From NCBI RefSeq assembly GCF_032191835.1, contig NC_083231.1, positions 36,394,001 through 36,458,000 on the forward strand: a DNA stretch of 64,000 nucleotides. Reading direction: 5' to 3'. Both the position numbers and the translations under genes were made by a program. The notes beneath the pieces were generated by a model, which was given only the letters and a program-made list of their open reading frames with translations, had not been told where the DNA came from and made no database searches. Shown one piece after another: positions 47,301 through 58,334 of this stretch. Source of the stretch: Heteronotia binoei (taxonomy: Eukaryota). How positions within the stretch are numbered: the first letter of the stretch is position 1; every line of letters starts with the position of its first letter.

Positions 47301-50300
47301 CATCCAGGTGCTGTGAAATTCTGTGTAAAGCCATTGTCTCTGCTGACAGGGGATATTCCAGTTCTCCTTTCTTTGAGTCATGCTGACAGGTACATGAGTT
47401 ACTAATGGCAAACTGGAGAGTGATGCCCTCTCAGTTGACAGTTTCAAAAAATTTCAAAAAGTAACACACACACACACAAAGATTCTGGACTCTCTTTTGA
47501 TTTTTTCCTTCTGCTTTTATTTATGACTAGAAACCAAGCCTAGAAACTGTCAGCACCGTAGTAATTCTTTTTAATCTTGGGAAAAAAAACCTTTAGAGCC
47601 CTTGAGTATCCATGCATTTTTTGTAGCTAATAGTCAGCAGATGTACCAGATAATTGAACGATTCTAGCTGACAAATTAAATGTGTTCCCCTGTCTCCAGC
47701 TATTTTTGCTGATGGCACTCAGAACAAGAAAATGAGAAAATGGACTCCCTCTGCCTGCTGCAGAGCCCCTTTGTGCCATTGTGTTGTTTAATGTAATTCC
47801 AGGAAGCAGAACTGTCAGTGGTCTGTACACTATTAGGCAGCGTCTACAGCAACTCACCGACTGCCAGTTCTTACCTAATTTGCAAGCTCCCTCTAGAGCC
47901 AGCATGACATAACTCAAGCCTTTCAACAATTCTAGATGTTGCTGTTGGCTCAGCTTGTTTGTGTGCCAAAAAGCAAGGAATGGAATGCCCTCTTCTCAGG
48001 CCAGCATACCTCAGCAACTAGCATTCCATGTACATGTGTTCAAATATAGTAAATATTTTAATATGAGAGAAAGTAAAAGGGAAATTTTGCCTAGGATATT
48101 TAGATTAACATAAAGCAGAAAGGGGGAACTAGGTCAGCAGGAACATATATTAGTTAAAACAGGCTATCATGAGTACTATTGCTCTTTGACTATACATGAA
48201 CTGATCCAACTGTATTTTTCTCTGTAGTCTGGAGATTAGATGCAATTCTAGATGGTCTCCAGGCCCCACATGGAGGTTAGTCAACCAAGATATAAAATGC
48301 AATGGAAGAGGGACAGGGGGGTCGTTCCAGCTCTAGTTAAGGCAACTATAATATGGCCTCTCCTGAGAGCCAGTGTGGTGTTGCAGTTAGGAGTGGCAGA
48401 CTCTAATCTGGAGGACTGGGTTTGATTCTCCACTCCTCCTCCACCATGAAGCCTGCTGGAGGGCTGTGGGCCAATTACACTTCTCTCAGAGTTCTCTCAG
48501 CCCCACCTACTTCACAAGGTGCCTGTTGTGGGGAAAGGAAGGGTATGTGATGGTAACCTGCTTTGAGACTCCTTAAATAAAGTAGAGAAAAGCAGGGTAT
48601 TAAAAACCTGCTTCTGAAAAAAAAATCTTCTGTAGATGTCTCTGATGCCAATACCTGTAGACTAGTTTCCAATATTCCATTTCTTGGAATATTGGACGAC
48701 TGAGCAGAAAGTGGTATCTCTAGAGATTCTTAGATGAAACTGAGTATCTAGATACCTTCAGGTGTGGTTTCAGATAGCAATTACATTTTAAATAGTTGTT
48801 TATTTCACTTTTCCTTCTTGGAAATCCATTCATACTAATAATCTCTTTTTCTTGGAAGTAACAATACTTTTTGCTAGGTAGCTGTGTTTAAGACTGCAGC
48901 CTCAGGTGTGTAAGTCACATTGAACAAATGTCTTTCTCACACAGAGCAGAGAACCCCTTCCATTTTGGGAGAATGGCACTGGGAGAAGAGAGGCCTGGCA
49001 GAACGGATGGCATGGCTATGACAATGAGCTCATGAATATGAGAGGTTTCTTCCTTGCATATGGCCCAGGTAGGCCAAATGGAGAAATAAGCATCATATGA
49101 AAAAAATGCTGCCACCTTCTGTCCTAAAACAGCTGCACAGAATTTTGGGTTGAACCCAATCAGTTTTCTTTTTACACAATCTTACCCAATTATCCAAACC
49201 CTGTTGTCCCCCATGATTTTTGTCCAGGTAGGTCCTGTGATCACCTACATAGCCCTTTTGGGTTCTCAGAGGAGATTTAGTCTTTCTTTTCCATAAACAG
49301 AAAAACTGGTTGGATCCAACCCTTTCTGCTCTGTTAATTGCTTGTAGGTAATGTCATTAATCACAGAGACTTGGGGGTCAGACTGTCCATTAGAATAAAG
49401 GAAGCAGGCAGAGTTATTGTACTTCTAACTACCATATCTTTTTTCAATTTCTTGGTAAAATGACCTTCAATTTACTTTACCAGCACATGACCAGCTATCT
49501 TGTTATAATGTCTAGAAACCTTCCATTATGATCCACATGAGGTTGCATAGCTAATATATCTCTTCCTCAAATGCACCCATGACTTGTTGGAGAGGGGAGA
49601 GTGTAAAAGCAAAGAAGAGGCTTGTGGCACCATAAAAACTGACAAGCTTTTAAAGTCTAGCATAACTTTTTGTGGACTTGACCCTACTTTATCAGATGCA
49701 TGTAGTGGGTTCTTATTGGGCAAGACTTCACATGCATCAGATTTTACTCTAGTCCATGGAAGTAGTATGTAATGCATCACAAGATTCCTGTTTAATTTTG
49801 CTTCCAACAGACCAAGTCTCAGGAATTGTTGGAATGAGAAAAGTGTGAATCTTGCATCATTTGAGCTTTTAAATTAGCTCAAATGACTGTGTGATGATCT
49901 CCATCAATGTGTGGATGCAGCTCTTGTCAAGGTCTGCAAAACCAAATCAGATTTTGGGTATGGGAAGATCTAAAAGTGTAGATGACTGGGGAAGGCAATG
50001 GCAAACCACCCCATTTAAAAAGTCTTCCGTGAAAACGTTGTGAAAACAACATCACCCCAGAGTCGGAAATGACTGGTGCTTGCACAGGGGACTACCGTTA
50101 CCTTTTTACCCTGTTCATGTGGATCCTGGGATGCTCCAACACAGGATAGACTCACTGAAGGAGCTGATTGGCCACTTGTAACCTCTTCCACATGGTCAGG
50201 GCTCCATGCGACAGGGAACACTTGAACCAGCTACACACACAGGATGGCATACTGTGCCACACCAAGATAAATACTTGAAATCTTGCATTTATTTCTCGCT

Positions 50301-50640
50301 TTCTCACTAGATACCTGACCTCCTGCAGAAGTTAGGCAATATTTCAAACCCAGGACAGTGATGTTCATTTAGATTGCAAGACTGCCTGTGACTACAGCCA
50401 TCTAAAATGCCTCATTGTCATTTTTTCTCTCCAGATTTCAAGTCTAACTTCAGAGCAGCACCAATCAGAGCAGTGGATGTTTATAATGTTATGTGCAAAG
50501 TCACAGGAGTACAGCCACTGCCAAACAATGGATCCTGGTCCAGAGTGGAGTGCATGTTAAAAAATAATGCCAGTTTGGCACAGTTATTCCAATGGAGCAG
50601 CTCTGCACTGGCACTAGTTCTGTTTGTGTTGTTTGTATAA
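17088..50640 (+). CDS. ENPP6: ENPP6 (ectonucleotide pyrophosphatase/phosphodiesterase 6), 8 coding exons: join(17088..17325,27128..27307,37895..38006,42709..42850,45278..45457,46643..46780,48945..49068,50435..50640); 439 aa
   Basis: Exons splice in frame (238+180+112+142+180+138+124+206=1320 nt). The translation has a signal peptide, [14 protein letters not shown] (Ser nucleophile typical of ENPP6), [38 protein letters not shown] and a hydrophobic GPI-type C-terminus. Sequence and exon sizes match vertebrate ENPP6 as I recall it. Confidence 0.97.
17557..17776. mobile_element. hAT MITE nested in a SINE (SINE about 17455-17930, - strand)
   Basis: TIR caatgctccctctaagctg / cagcttagagggaacattg; perfect 8-bp TSD cctgtgag. 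Confidence 0.9.
18051..18331 (+). mobile_element. Sauria SINE, near full length
   Basis: gccctgtgacgcagagtggtaaaactgcag head; ggcaatggcaaaccacccc body; accttt tail. Confidence 0.85.
18518..18781. mobile_element. hAT MITE with internal perfect 79-bp tandem duplication
   Basis: CAGGG(T/C)TTTTTT TIRs; unit 18601-18679 repeated at 18680-18758; three ATGCAAAT octamers. Confidence 0.85.
20438..20583. mobile_element. Palindromic hAT MITE (CAGGGCTTTTTTGTAGCAGG family), truncated
   Basis: Same sequence as the complete copies at 59885-60064 and 61886-62063. Confidence 0.8.
20726..20936 (-). mobile_element. tRNA-derived SINE (Anolis-SINE2/Squam2-like)
   Basis: Reverse complement of the 30221-30437 family. 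Confidence 0.75.
21174..21467 (-). mobile_element. Sauria SINE, full length
   Basis: aaaggtaaaggtagtcccctgtgcaagc...ctctgtgccacggggc. Confidence 0.88.
22478..22687 (+). pseudogene. Degenerate duplicate (pseudo-exon) of ENPP6 exon 1 within intron 1
   Basis: Colinear similarity to 17088..17331 from ATG to donor. 22595..22624 matches 17211..17240 at 27/30 nt. Reads [13 protein letters not shown]...[12 protein letters not shown]...VGYLT with frameshifts, a TAG and deletions; donor GTGAGT changed to ATGAGT. Confidence 0.88.
23780..23820 (-). ncRNA. Minimal type I hammerhead ribozyme motif (antisense copy)
   Basis: CAU-CUGAAGA-A-GUGUGC-AU-GCACAU-GAAA-GC-UU-ACG; keeps the AGCU palindrome but has CpG-decay changes in stems I and II. 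Confidence 0.55.
24298..24340 (+). ncRNA. Minimal type I hammerhead ribozyme motif (sense to ENPP6 pre-mRNA)
   Basis: CGU-CUGAAGA-A-GUGUGC-AU-GCACAC-GAAA-GU-UU-ACG: core CUGANGA (24304-24310), stem II, GAAA (24326-24329), stem I CGU/ACG; activity untested. Confidence 0.65.
24420..25372. mobile_element. Possible solo LTR
   Basis: Ends ...cttcataaca, with an imperfect inverted match (gtttatgagg) at the left end; no ORF; no clear TSD. Confidence 0.3.
25584..25719. mobile_element. Perfect palindromic hAT (Buster/Charlie-type) MITE
   Basis: 63-bp perfect inverted arms, 10-nt loop, TIR CAGGGGTGGCCAAC, perfect 8-bp TSD ctatagta with central TA. Confidence 0.93.
26394..26701. mobile_element. hAT (Buster/Charlie-type) MITE
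   Basis: caggggtgactaaac...tttggccatccctg; TSD atctagtt/atctagtg. Confidence 0.85.
27128..27307 (+). CDS. ENPP6: ENPP6 coding exon 2 ([15 protein letters not shown]...KVFMYYWP)
   Basis: Acceptor cttccag|, donor |gtgagt, 180 nt, NPP-family motif. Confidence 0.97.
27525..27758. mobile_element. TAGGGTTGCCA-type hAT MITE nested in a SINE (SINE about 27457-27880, - strand)
   Basis: tagggctgacaag...ttggcaactcta; TSD gatctctg/gatctcca; the SINE resumes on both sides. Confidence 0.8.
29280..29790. other. Unclassified CpG-retaining segment with a 32-bp tandem duplication
   Basis: Low-complexity ggtaaattg repeats, elevated CpG, ggtcctgatgaggcctctcacacct repeated at 29530 and 29562; probably a transposon leader or LTR piece. 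Confidence 0.4.
30221..30437 (+). mobile_element. tRNA-derived SINE (Anolis-SINE2/Squam2-like), well preserved
   Basis: A-box TGGCTCAGTGG, B-box GGTTCAATCCC, tRNA-like head, catatgtt tail repeats. Confidence 0.85.
31240..32069 (-). mobile_element. L1 LINE, 5'-truncated (ORF2 C-terminus, 3' UTR, polyA)
   Basis: Minus-strand [17 protein letters not shown] and [14 protein letters not shown]...KIWD..MDK motifs; polyT at left end; 14-bp TSD ttaagaaccttttt (31226-31239, 32070-32083). Confidence 0.9.
33068..33576. mobile_element. Young GC/CpG-rich TAGGGTTGCCA-type hAT MITE
   Basis: tagggttgccaag...ggttgggaagccta; perfect 8-bp TSD cccttgca; internal repeat ggctgctcctccgagatgggctcag x2; source of several spurious ORFs. 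Confidence 0.9.
35752..37512. repeat. Perfect 101-bp direct repeat (35752-35852 and 37412-37512) flanking a 1559-bp insertion
   Basis: Identical tcaggccccaactttgtgg...attaaacagctt at both positions (also seen as duplicated ORF starts 35767 and 37427). Confidence 0.95.
35853..37411 (+). mobile_element. ORF-less CpG-rich insertion resembling a non-mammalian L1 5' UTR
   Basis: Begins (ctt)ccggtgtaatggcg, similar to L1 5' ends with a YY1-like ATGGCG; CpG-rich 5' half, purine-rich and AT-rich 3' half; no ORF1/ORF2, no polyA. Confidence 0.55.
37895..38006 (+). CDS. ENPP6: ENPP6 coding exon 3 ([38 protein letters not shown])
   Basis: Acceptor tttctctcattag|, donor AG|gtaaaa, 112 nt; not listed in the ORF track; found by manual translation. 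Confidence 0.95.
38371..38855. mobile_element. TAGGGTTGCCA-type hAT MITE
   Basis: TIRs tagggttgcca/tggcaacccta; TSD gtaaaagc/ataaaagc. Confidence 0.9.
40456..41254. repeat. 89-bp direct repeat (40456-40544 and 41166-41254, 1 mismatch) separated by 621 bp
   Basis: cattaaaaatgttatttcaaggatc...gcctat(a/g)cttgcaaaaaa at both positions. Confidence 0.93.
40926..41039 (+). mobile_element. Old L2 LINE ORF2 fragment
   Basis: Translates [37 protein letters not shown], matching the L2 SRLDYCN motif. Confidence 0.8.
41571..41694 (-). mobile_element. RTE/BovB-type LINE 3' end
   Basis: tgttgttgttcagtcgcacggtcaagtccaactctttgcgaccccatggac... typical of the BovB-family tail with (CAA)n. Confidence 0.75.
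42080..42394. mobile_element. 315-bp near-perfect palindromic element (MITE-like, gggcgttttcgcac ends)
   Basis: About 150-bp inverted arms, CpG-rich, short central loop at about 42230-42243. Confidence 0.9.
42709..42850 (+). CDS. ENPP6: ENPP6 coding exon 4 ([23 protein letters not shown]...TKFIK)
   Basis: Acceptor ccacttcag|, donor |gtcagt, 142 nt, Zn-ligand D/H motif. Confidence 0.97.
45278..45457 (+). CDS. ENPP6: ENPP6 coding exon 5 ([26 protein letters not shown]...[13 protein letters not shown])
   Basis: Acceptor ttgacag|, SDHGM Zn motif, 180 nt; followed by CAG|GCAAGG (GC donor). Confidence 0.93.
45548..45973. mobile_element. TAGGGTTGCCA-type hAT MITE in intron 5
   Basis: tagggttgcca...ggcaacccta; TSD tacttaca/tacctaca. 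Confidence 0.88.
46643..46780 (+). CDS. ENPP6: ENPP6 coding exon 6 ([46 protein letters not shown])
   Basis: Acceptor tatttgcag|, donor GAG|gtaatc, 138 nt. Confidence 0.97.
48945..49068 (+). CDS. ENPP6: ENPP6 coding exon 7 ([41 protein letters not shown])
   Basis: Acceptor tctcacacag|, donor CAG|gtaggc, 124 nt, HGYDN motif. Confidence 0.97.
49976..50107 (+). mobile_element. Sauria SINE 3' fragment
   Basis: gtgtagatgactggggaaggcaatggcaaaccacccc...ggggactaccgttaccttttt. Confidence 0.85.
50435..50640 (+). CDS. ENPP6: ENPP6 coding exon 8 ([21 protein letters not shown]...[12 protein letters not shown]...[10 protein letters not shown])
   Basis: Acceptor ttttttctctccag|, PNNGS motif, hydrophobic GPI-signal-like tail, TAA stop. 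Confidence 0.97.
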
Positions 50641-51233
50641 CACATCTTGTTACTCTGGTCCCAATACAATGTCAGCCAGTGTATCCAGTCCCCCCACCCC
50701 CGCTCCATTTAATCATTTGAATAGCAGCATTAATGGAATGCTGTCTAGAGAAAACTATGTACATTCATCTCTTTAAAAACAACAAGCCTGTCTCCAGGTT
50801 TTGTCTGGAGTGTAAGAAGCAAAACTTTGAAGCATGCTTCATTTGAGGAAGGTGCTTGTGCCTTACAAAAGACAGCAAAAAAAGGAGAACCACTTTCACT
50901 TTTACTTGTCCTCTGTTCCGCCAGCAATCTCCTCAGGGCCCAGCTGAAGCTCAAAAGCCATCATCACAACACAACCAAATCAATTTCAGAATTAGGCATT
51001 CTTTCTGCTTCCTCCTCCAGCAGCCTTTCTGGCCTTACATACAGTGATAATCTTGGGAGACTGCCATGTGGTTGCTATGCAACCACTCCCCTTTCCCAAG
51101 TTCCCCTTAACATCACTATTCAGTTTTTATTTGGCCATGGCCTTCCCTGGCTGTTCCTCTCAGAGCGATGACACTTCATCCCTACACAGCAGAAAGTCCC
51201 ACTAATTTTACCTGAACTTGAGATTCACTTTTA

Positions 51234-51239
51234 AATAAA
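51234..51239 (+). terminator. Candidate ENPP6 polyadenylation signal
   Basis: An AATAAA about 600 nt after the stop codon; no transcript data. Confidence 0.25.
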
Positions 51240-51558
51240 TATATTTTAGGATCTAGATTCTGGTTTTCATGACATATCCTGGCATACTGGCTGCCTCCCT
51301 CTCAGTTTCACAAATCATTTCTGTTTACCATTCCTTCCAGCTCTCTTACAGTAAATATTTTAGGCTGTATGATTTGAATTAGTTTTGAAAATATTTCCAA
51401 TGGTGGGAGGAGGAGGAACAAAATCCCTCTGATTTAGATCCCATTTAGCAAGTTTAAAAAGCTGTTCTTGGTTTAGCTTAATGGTTAAGCTACCAGCATT
51501 TCTTTATATAAATAAGACTGCACTCTCTGTAGAAAAGAAAACCAGTACCAAGTCCTTC

Positions 51559-51836
51559 TAGTTTGGTGTAGTGGTTAAGTGTGCGGACTCTTATCTGGGA
51601 GAACCGGGTTTGATTCCCCACTCCTCCACTTGCACCTGCTGGAATGGCCTTGAGTTAGCCATAGCTCTGGCAGAGGTTGTCCTTGAAAGGGCAGCTGCTG
51701 TGAGAGCCCTCTTAGCTCCACCCACCTCACAGGGTGTCTGTTGTGGGGGGAGAAGATATAGGAGATTGTAAGCCGCTCTGAGTCTCTGATTCAGAGAGAA
51801 GGGCGGGGTATAAATCTGCAGTCTTCTTCTTCTTCT
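51559..51836 (+). mobile_element. tRNA-derived squamate SINE (MIR/Squam3-like), full length
   Basis: A/B boxes (tggtgtagtgg, gggtttgattccc); (TCT)n tail; multiple copies in the window. Confidence 0.85.
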
Positions 51837-54699
51837 ATCTCTTAGGGTATGATCACATGAGCACTTTGATCCATTGTTGTTGCTCCTCCTGAATGGATTT
51901 GAAGCATTTGATCAGACAGCAGCATCTGGCTCCCGTGCTGTAGTCATCAGCCTTGCGTGCTCACCCCTGACTTCCCAACACCACAGAACGTCCTGTCTTT
52001 ACAAAACCTATTGGTTTTACAGTGTTTCTGTGGATGTCTGATTGCTCTCTTGTAGGCTGGAGCCTTTTGGGAAGTCAGATCACTCACTTTCTGTTTTGCT
52101 GCCATTCCCTCCTCCCACCGAGTTACCAATGTGGATAAAAGCAGCTATGCACTGCAAAGCACTATCTATGGGGTTTTGTTTCCGCCCCAGGGCTGGCCCT
52201 GCCATTAGGCAAACTAGACAATTGCCTAGGGTGCCGACCTTCTGGAGGCACTGAATTGGGCATGAGACTTGGTGACATCAGTGCAGGGGGGGCAGCAGCG
52301 CAGAAGTTAGCCTTTCCTAGGGTGCTAGACAGTCTTGGGCTGGCCCTGTGGCTCCTTCCCACTGCCCGCACCATTCACCCCTGTCTCCCTAAGCTGAATC
52401 AAAGACAGCCTCCCTCTGGAGCTGCCACCTTGCCTGTCCCTTCCCTGAACTAAGGTGGCTGTGTGTGTGAGACAGTTAGGGAGGTATGCACAAATGCATA
52501 TTCGCACCTCTCTGTCTGTTCTCTCTCTCTCACACACACAGGAACTTCTCAAAAACCTGTTTTCTCCCTCTGGTTTTGAAATATTGAATTTATCAAATAC
52601 ACAGTTTCAAAAACATTTTCCCCACACTGAACTACCTATCCTCCTCCAGCAATCCCATTGGTGACCAGGTGTTGCCATTCTGTCAGAAGTTTGAAGTGCT
52701 GCTTCCCATAAGCACTTATGAACAGGGCTTTTTTTGTAGAAAAAGCCCAGCAGGGACTTATTTGCATATTAGGCCACACCCCTGACACCAAGCCAGCCAG
52801 AACTGCATTTCTCTGTGTTCCTGCTAAACAAAAAAAAGGGGGTCTGCTTATGAGCATGCTCAAAAGACAAATGATTTTTAAAAGCCCACTGCCCCACTTT
52901 GTGACTGCCATGTCTGTTCAATCAACCACAGAGTGAAAGCGCATTGAAGTGGGTTAAGGGGGTATGTCTGATCAAAACTCTTCATTACAAAAAACCCCCT
53001 CGATCAATTAGAAGTGGGGCAACACTAGACTGAACTGCATGTGTGATCGCAGCCTTAGGGTGTCTGCTGCCTTAAGACGCTGGAAAGACATATTTCACAA
53101 ACTGAATATTTATGAAAATCATACCTTTGGCTGCTTTCAGAGATATTTTGAGGATACACTACAATGAGTCTGCACCTGCATGTTTTATACACGTACTTAA
53201 ATACTAACCTGACAGAAGAGTTCTGTAATAACTAGTAAACATTTCTGTAGTTTAAAAAAAATCAAGTCAGCCATCAAATCAATTGGAAGGAGAAAAACAA
53301 AGGAAAGAAATGTCATCTTTTGTTATCAGGCAATTGAGTATAAAAGGCAATTTAGTTCTTTCTGAGCACTTGCAGTAGCTGGGAAACAAGCCCCGATTGT
53401 TTAGCGGCCTTTGCTTCTCATTAATAGACCAGGCTCTTTCGATCATTTGGATCACTCCTCCCTACCCCTCTCATGAGAGGTTCACTTAAACACCATAACT
53501 CAAAACAAAAGTAAATGACTGAATTACAAAATCCGCTTTTAAACCAATACATAGGAAAAAAACAGTACAATAATCCTTTCCAGCCTTGTGACAGAAAAGC
53601 TTCAGTCTCCCTTTCCCCGTCTTACATGCTCTTGGATCCTAAACATCCTTAGGCATTTTAGTTTGTTTAAAATGTTATGCCAATAAAGTATAAAAAATTC
53701 TCTATTCACAACTTGAGTTATCCCCGTTAGCACCCATGGAATAGAGTTTTGAAGTGTGCTATTATTTTATATGAAGAGAAAAGTGCCTTTCATAGAGTGA
53801 CTCGAGGCCTGTTGCACAGTTCTTGTGGGGCAGAGTGTTGAGGATGCATCCAATTTAATAAGGGCTTTGTGCAAACATCTGCATCATGATACCTCCCTAG
53901 TCTGCCCTGCTTTCAGGCATTCACAAAAGAAACAGAGAAGCAGCTATTCCTGAGACTGGACATCTTCAGGACTGAGATTTATGTGCGGTTTCAGTGCTTT
54001 TTGTATTGATTAGTATTCTTTTAAAAACAATGTATTGTGTTATAACATCTTTTTCTGTACAGAATGCAAATGGAGTGGGGGCAAGAGAAATGGTTAGGAA
54101 AAACAAATGGCTAAAATGAGTTATTCAAAATATGTGGCAAGATTTTTACATGCATTATTATGCTTTTTGCAAATACTGTGTTATTACAAAAACCATCAAG
54201 TATGTGGCTTGGTTTATTGGCTGCTACATTAGTGCAGTCAACCTGCCTTTTTTCTCTACAGCAGGCTTGCAAATTTTTAATTTGAAAAATTCGGCTACGT
54301 GGGTGGGGATTAGGGTTGTCAGTATCAGCCCCCCCCCCCCGGTGTGCAGGAGATCCCCTGGTTTCCAGTGCTCCTCCTGGTGCTGGCCACTGGCAGGGGA
54401 GAGTTACTGCCACAAATGTGATGTGCCTACATCACCTGGAGTGATGTGGACACACTGGTGATAATGTTCTGCTTTTTGGGCAAAACTCTATGGTAGAATT
54501 AGCTTCAAACTATGGAGTTTTGCCCAAATATCAGAGTGTCATCACCATCTGGCATGGCATGCTTCTTCCCTCCCCTTTCCTGGAGCATCCCAGTAAGTCC
54601 CCCAGTAACTTATCCTTCGAACCTGGAAACTCTAGTGAGGACAGACAAGCAGAGTCCAGCTGTGTTTGAAGGGCTAGAAAGGCTAGTCCAAGTGAGGTA

Positions 54700-56080
54700 A
54701 ATAGAAAGGAGCACAGGCAGGTAAATAAAAGGGTGATTAGACAAGCAAAAAGGGACTATGAGGAATATATTGCAAAATCTCTTCAAATACACTGGAAGAC
54801 AAAAAGAAAAAGAAAACCAGGGTGGCAGTGGGGCCCTTGGATGACTAAGGGTGGAGGGATTACTAAAAGTTGATAGGGAAATGGCAGAGAAGCTGAATGC
54901 GTTTTTTGCCTCTGTCTTCACTGTGGAAGACTGTGGGAGGTGCTTGCCTACTCCACAACTGCTAATTTCAGGAGAGGTATTGAAAGACCTGAGTTGGATT
55001 GAGGTGATGAGGTCCTATGACAGATGGACAAATTAAAAACTGACAAATCACCGAAGACTGGAAGGTAGACAATGTAACCCCCATTTCAGAAAAAGTTCCA
55101 GAGCAGATCCAGGAAATTATAGGCCAAGCAGTCTAATGTCAATATCAGGTAAGTTGGTGGAATCTATGGCGTTTTTTGAGCAGGAACACAATCCTGGCTG
55201 GCTTATCATAAGGGTGTGTGGCCTAATATGCAAATGCATTCTGCTGGGCTTTTTCTACCAAAAAAGCCCTTTGTGAAACAATGGTGATGTCAGGGGGTGT
55301 GGCCTAATACGCAGATGAGTTCCTGCTGGGCTTTTTCTACAAAAAGAGCCCTGGTGGAATCTGTTATTAAAGATAGAATTAGTAGGCACACTGATGAACA
55401 AAAACTATTGAGGAACAATCAGAATGGATTTTGTAAGGGAAGATCACTAAACCTTTAGAGTTCTTTGAGGATGTGGCCAAACAAGTGAACAAGGGTGCCC
55501 CAGGAGATGTTGTTTACCTTGACTTCCAGAAAGCTTTTGATAAAGTTCCTTATCAATGGCTCCTAAATAAACTCAGCAGTCATGGGATAAGAGGACTCAG
55601 CAATTATGGGAGTTTTTTCAGGGGAAGGTGGTACACAGTGGGGTACCACAGGGCTCAGCACTAGGTCTGGTGTTTGCCTTGTTCATTAATGATTTGGAGT
55701 TGGGAATAAGCTATGAGGTGGCTAGGTTTGAAAATGACACTAAATCGTTCAGCATATATTGGGAACCAGGGAGGACTGTGAGGTGCTCTAGAGGGATCTG
55801 TCGAGACTAGGCAAGTGGGCATCAATGCAGCAAATGAGGTTCAACATGGGAAAGTGCAAAAATCCTAACTATAAATATACTGACAGTATATGTTGAATAT
55901 ACCAAACTGGTGGTAACTGACCAGGAGAGAGATCTTGGAGTTGTGGTAGCTAGCTCACTGACAATGTTGAGTTAATGTGCGACTGCAATTAAAAAAGCAA
56001 ATGCTACGCTGGGTAGTATTAAGGAGGAAACTGGAAACAAATCAGCCAATATCATAATGCCCCTGTATAACACTACGGTG
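54700..56080 (+). mobile_element. Decayed CR1 ORF2 (reverse transcriptase region) with nested MITE at 55165-55353
   Basis: EMAEKLNAFFASVFTVED, DVVYLDFQKAFDKVP and SGVPQGS motifs; the nested MITE has a perfect 8-bp TSD gtggaatc. Confidence 0.9.
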
Positions 56081-56935
56081 CAGTGATAGTCAGCAGGCTG
56101 ACAGGGTAATACAAGAATAATACAAGTGAATAATACCCACAAGGAAGCTCCCATAGCCTCTGGCCTTTTCTTGCTTCTTTCTCTCCTTCCCACTCAGCAG
56201 CCAACATATCTTCCTTTGCTCCTCATCTTCAGCTTTCCCTCCTTCCCTTCCCTTGGCAGCTTACCCCTGGGAAAACTATGGCCCAGTTGGGCAGTGCTCC
56301 CAGCCAGGCCAGGCCAGGCCCTCAGTGCCGGCTGCAGGGCCGGACTCTGTTGCTCAGTGAGGAACCTGCAAGAACTTGAAGGAGACAAATGCAAAAAGAA
56401 ACTGCATATGTATCCCTTTCCCCACAATGTTTCCTCTTTCTCTCCTCTGGGCAACCACCATATTCTCAACTTTTCCTGTTCTGTTCTGCCCTTCTCACAT
56501 ACCAACAAAACTATCTTTTGTCTGCCCCCCACCTTCAGCTATACTACTTACTTCATTTATACCCCATCTTTCTCTCCATCTTCATTTGCAAAGCTATACT
56601 GATATCTTATTGTAAAGGATACCAAGTAGTCATCAACTACTAGTATCATGAAGTGACTATGGAATTTTAGACTGCAGTCTTAAATCACTCTCAGGTAACT
56701 AAACAATGAAGTATTTTCAAGCCCTTACCAAATTCCCAGTAAAGTTAAAGCATAAAGTTTATCACTTGAAAAACAACATTAGCATGTTTTTATTTATATT
56801 TTCTCTTTGGGCAATGAAAACCATAGTCCACAACCTCATATGCAAATGTATTGCTTATTTTATTACAGACAACATTTTTAAGGTTAATACATGGAAGCAA
56901 GGCAAGAAGTGTGTCTTGCCTATATGTGAGTTAGT

Positions 56936-57087
56936 GAGAGAGAGAGAGAGAGAGTGCACACGTGCATTTACAAGCCATCATTACCAAACTAAGGGCTCCC
57001 TCTTCTGGCCTTATATAGGATTTCTGTCTGCATTTAAAGTAAAATTTGTAATAGAAAGTGCTTTTATATATACACACACACACACAC
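56936..57087. repeat. Short (GA)n and (CA)n microsatellites
   Basis: (GA)n at 56936-56954; (CA)n at about 57071-57087. Confidence 0.8.
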
Positions 57088-58174
57088 TCAAAAAGAAACT
57101 GCATATTTTTGAGAAATATAATCAGAAAAGTCAACTTCTATAATTCACAGTACTTATTATTCAGGTATTACCATAATTAATATCGGAAAGCATTTGTGGT
57201 ACTGCTGGAAAGTGATGTCAAGTCACAGCTGACTTATGGCAATCAAGTACTGTTTTCAAGGCAAGAGATGAACAGAGGTGGCTTGCACTTGCCTGACTCT
57301 GTGTAGCAACCCTGGATTTCCTTGCTGGTTTCTCATCCAAATACTGACCAGGACTGACCTTGCTTAGCTTTCAAAATATGACAAGCTCAGGCTAGTCTGG
57401 GCCAACCAGTTCAGAGCAAAACATTTGTATGACACACTAAAATCTGTTATTTTTTGAACACGACTGCAGAAAAAAACCAGAAAAATAGAAAAAAATTATG
57501 CATGGCACCATTTGCTTTTCAATTTAAAAATGATTATCTTTTCTTTTTCTTCCAGAATGTAAACTTAAGAGGCCAATATGTTACTTAGATGGCCTGAAAA
57601 TACTTCCCCTGTGACTTTGCAATAGGAAAGATGAGCTCCATATGGCTACTATCTGGTTTCAGCATTTTACTTTTAAAAAGTCAGTAAAAAGGGACACACA
57701 CTTTTCTATCTAGGGTATTATTTAAATTTCCTGAAGAGAAAAGACAAATGTGTAATTTGAATCCAACCCATTTTCAGATTCTTCCCCCTCCTTTTCAAAC
57801 ATGGGGGAAAGTTGGCTTCAGCATCATCTCCAGTAATCTGAACCACCAAGAATATTGGAGTTGGTGTCATCTGATCAAGTCCAGATGGAAACACACTTTC
57901 CTTTCTAACATGGAGAAAAATGGGCGTTCAAACAGCACATACTTCTCAAAATTGAAAATATAAGTTTCAAGTTGGCTGAAAGTAGCTGGGTAATGAATGA
58001 AAGACGAAAGCTGGCTTACTGGGGGTCAGGGAGAAAAAAAGACATCCCACAAGGATTAAACCAATGAGAATCCTCACCAGTCACATGAATGTGTAGGTTG
58101 CTTTATATTTCTTATCGTACCTACAGCCCTGCTATATAGTTTGTTCATGTAGCAAAGCACAGGAGGAAGTCTAA

Positions 58175-58334
58175 TTCACACTAGACCTTTAATCCTGGTT
58201 TAGCCCTGTCCCCAAAGTGACATTCTGCACTAAAATCACAGAATCATAGCATTGGTTTTTTTTGATTCTATGATTTTATTGTAGAATGTCAGCTTGGGGA
58301 CAGGGCTAAACCAGGATTAAAGGTCTAGTGTGAA
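58175..58334. mobile_element. Palindromic MITE (ttcacactagacc...ggtctagtgtgaa)
   Basis: About 65-bp inverted arms. Confidence 0.8.
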
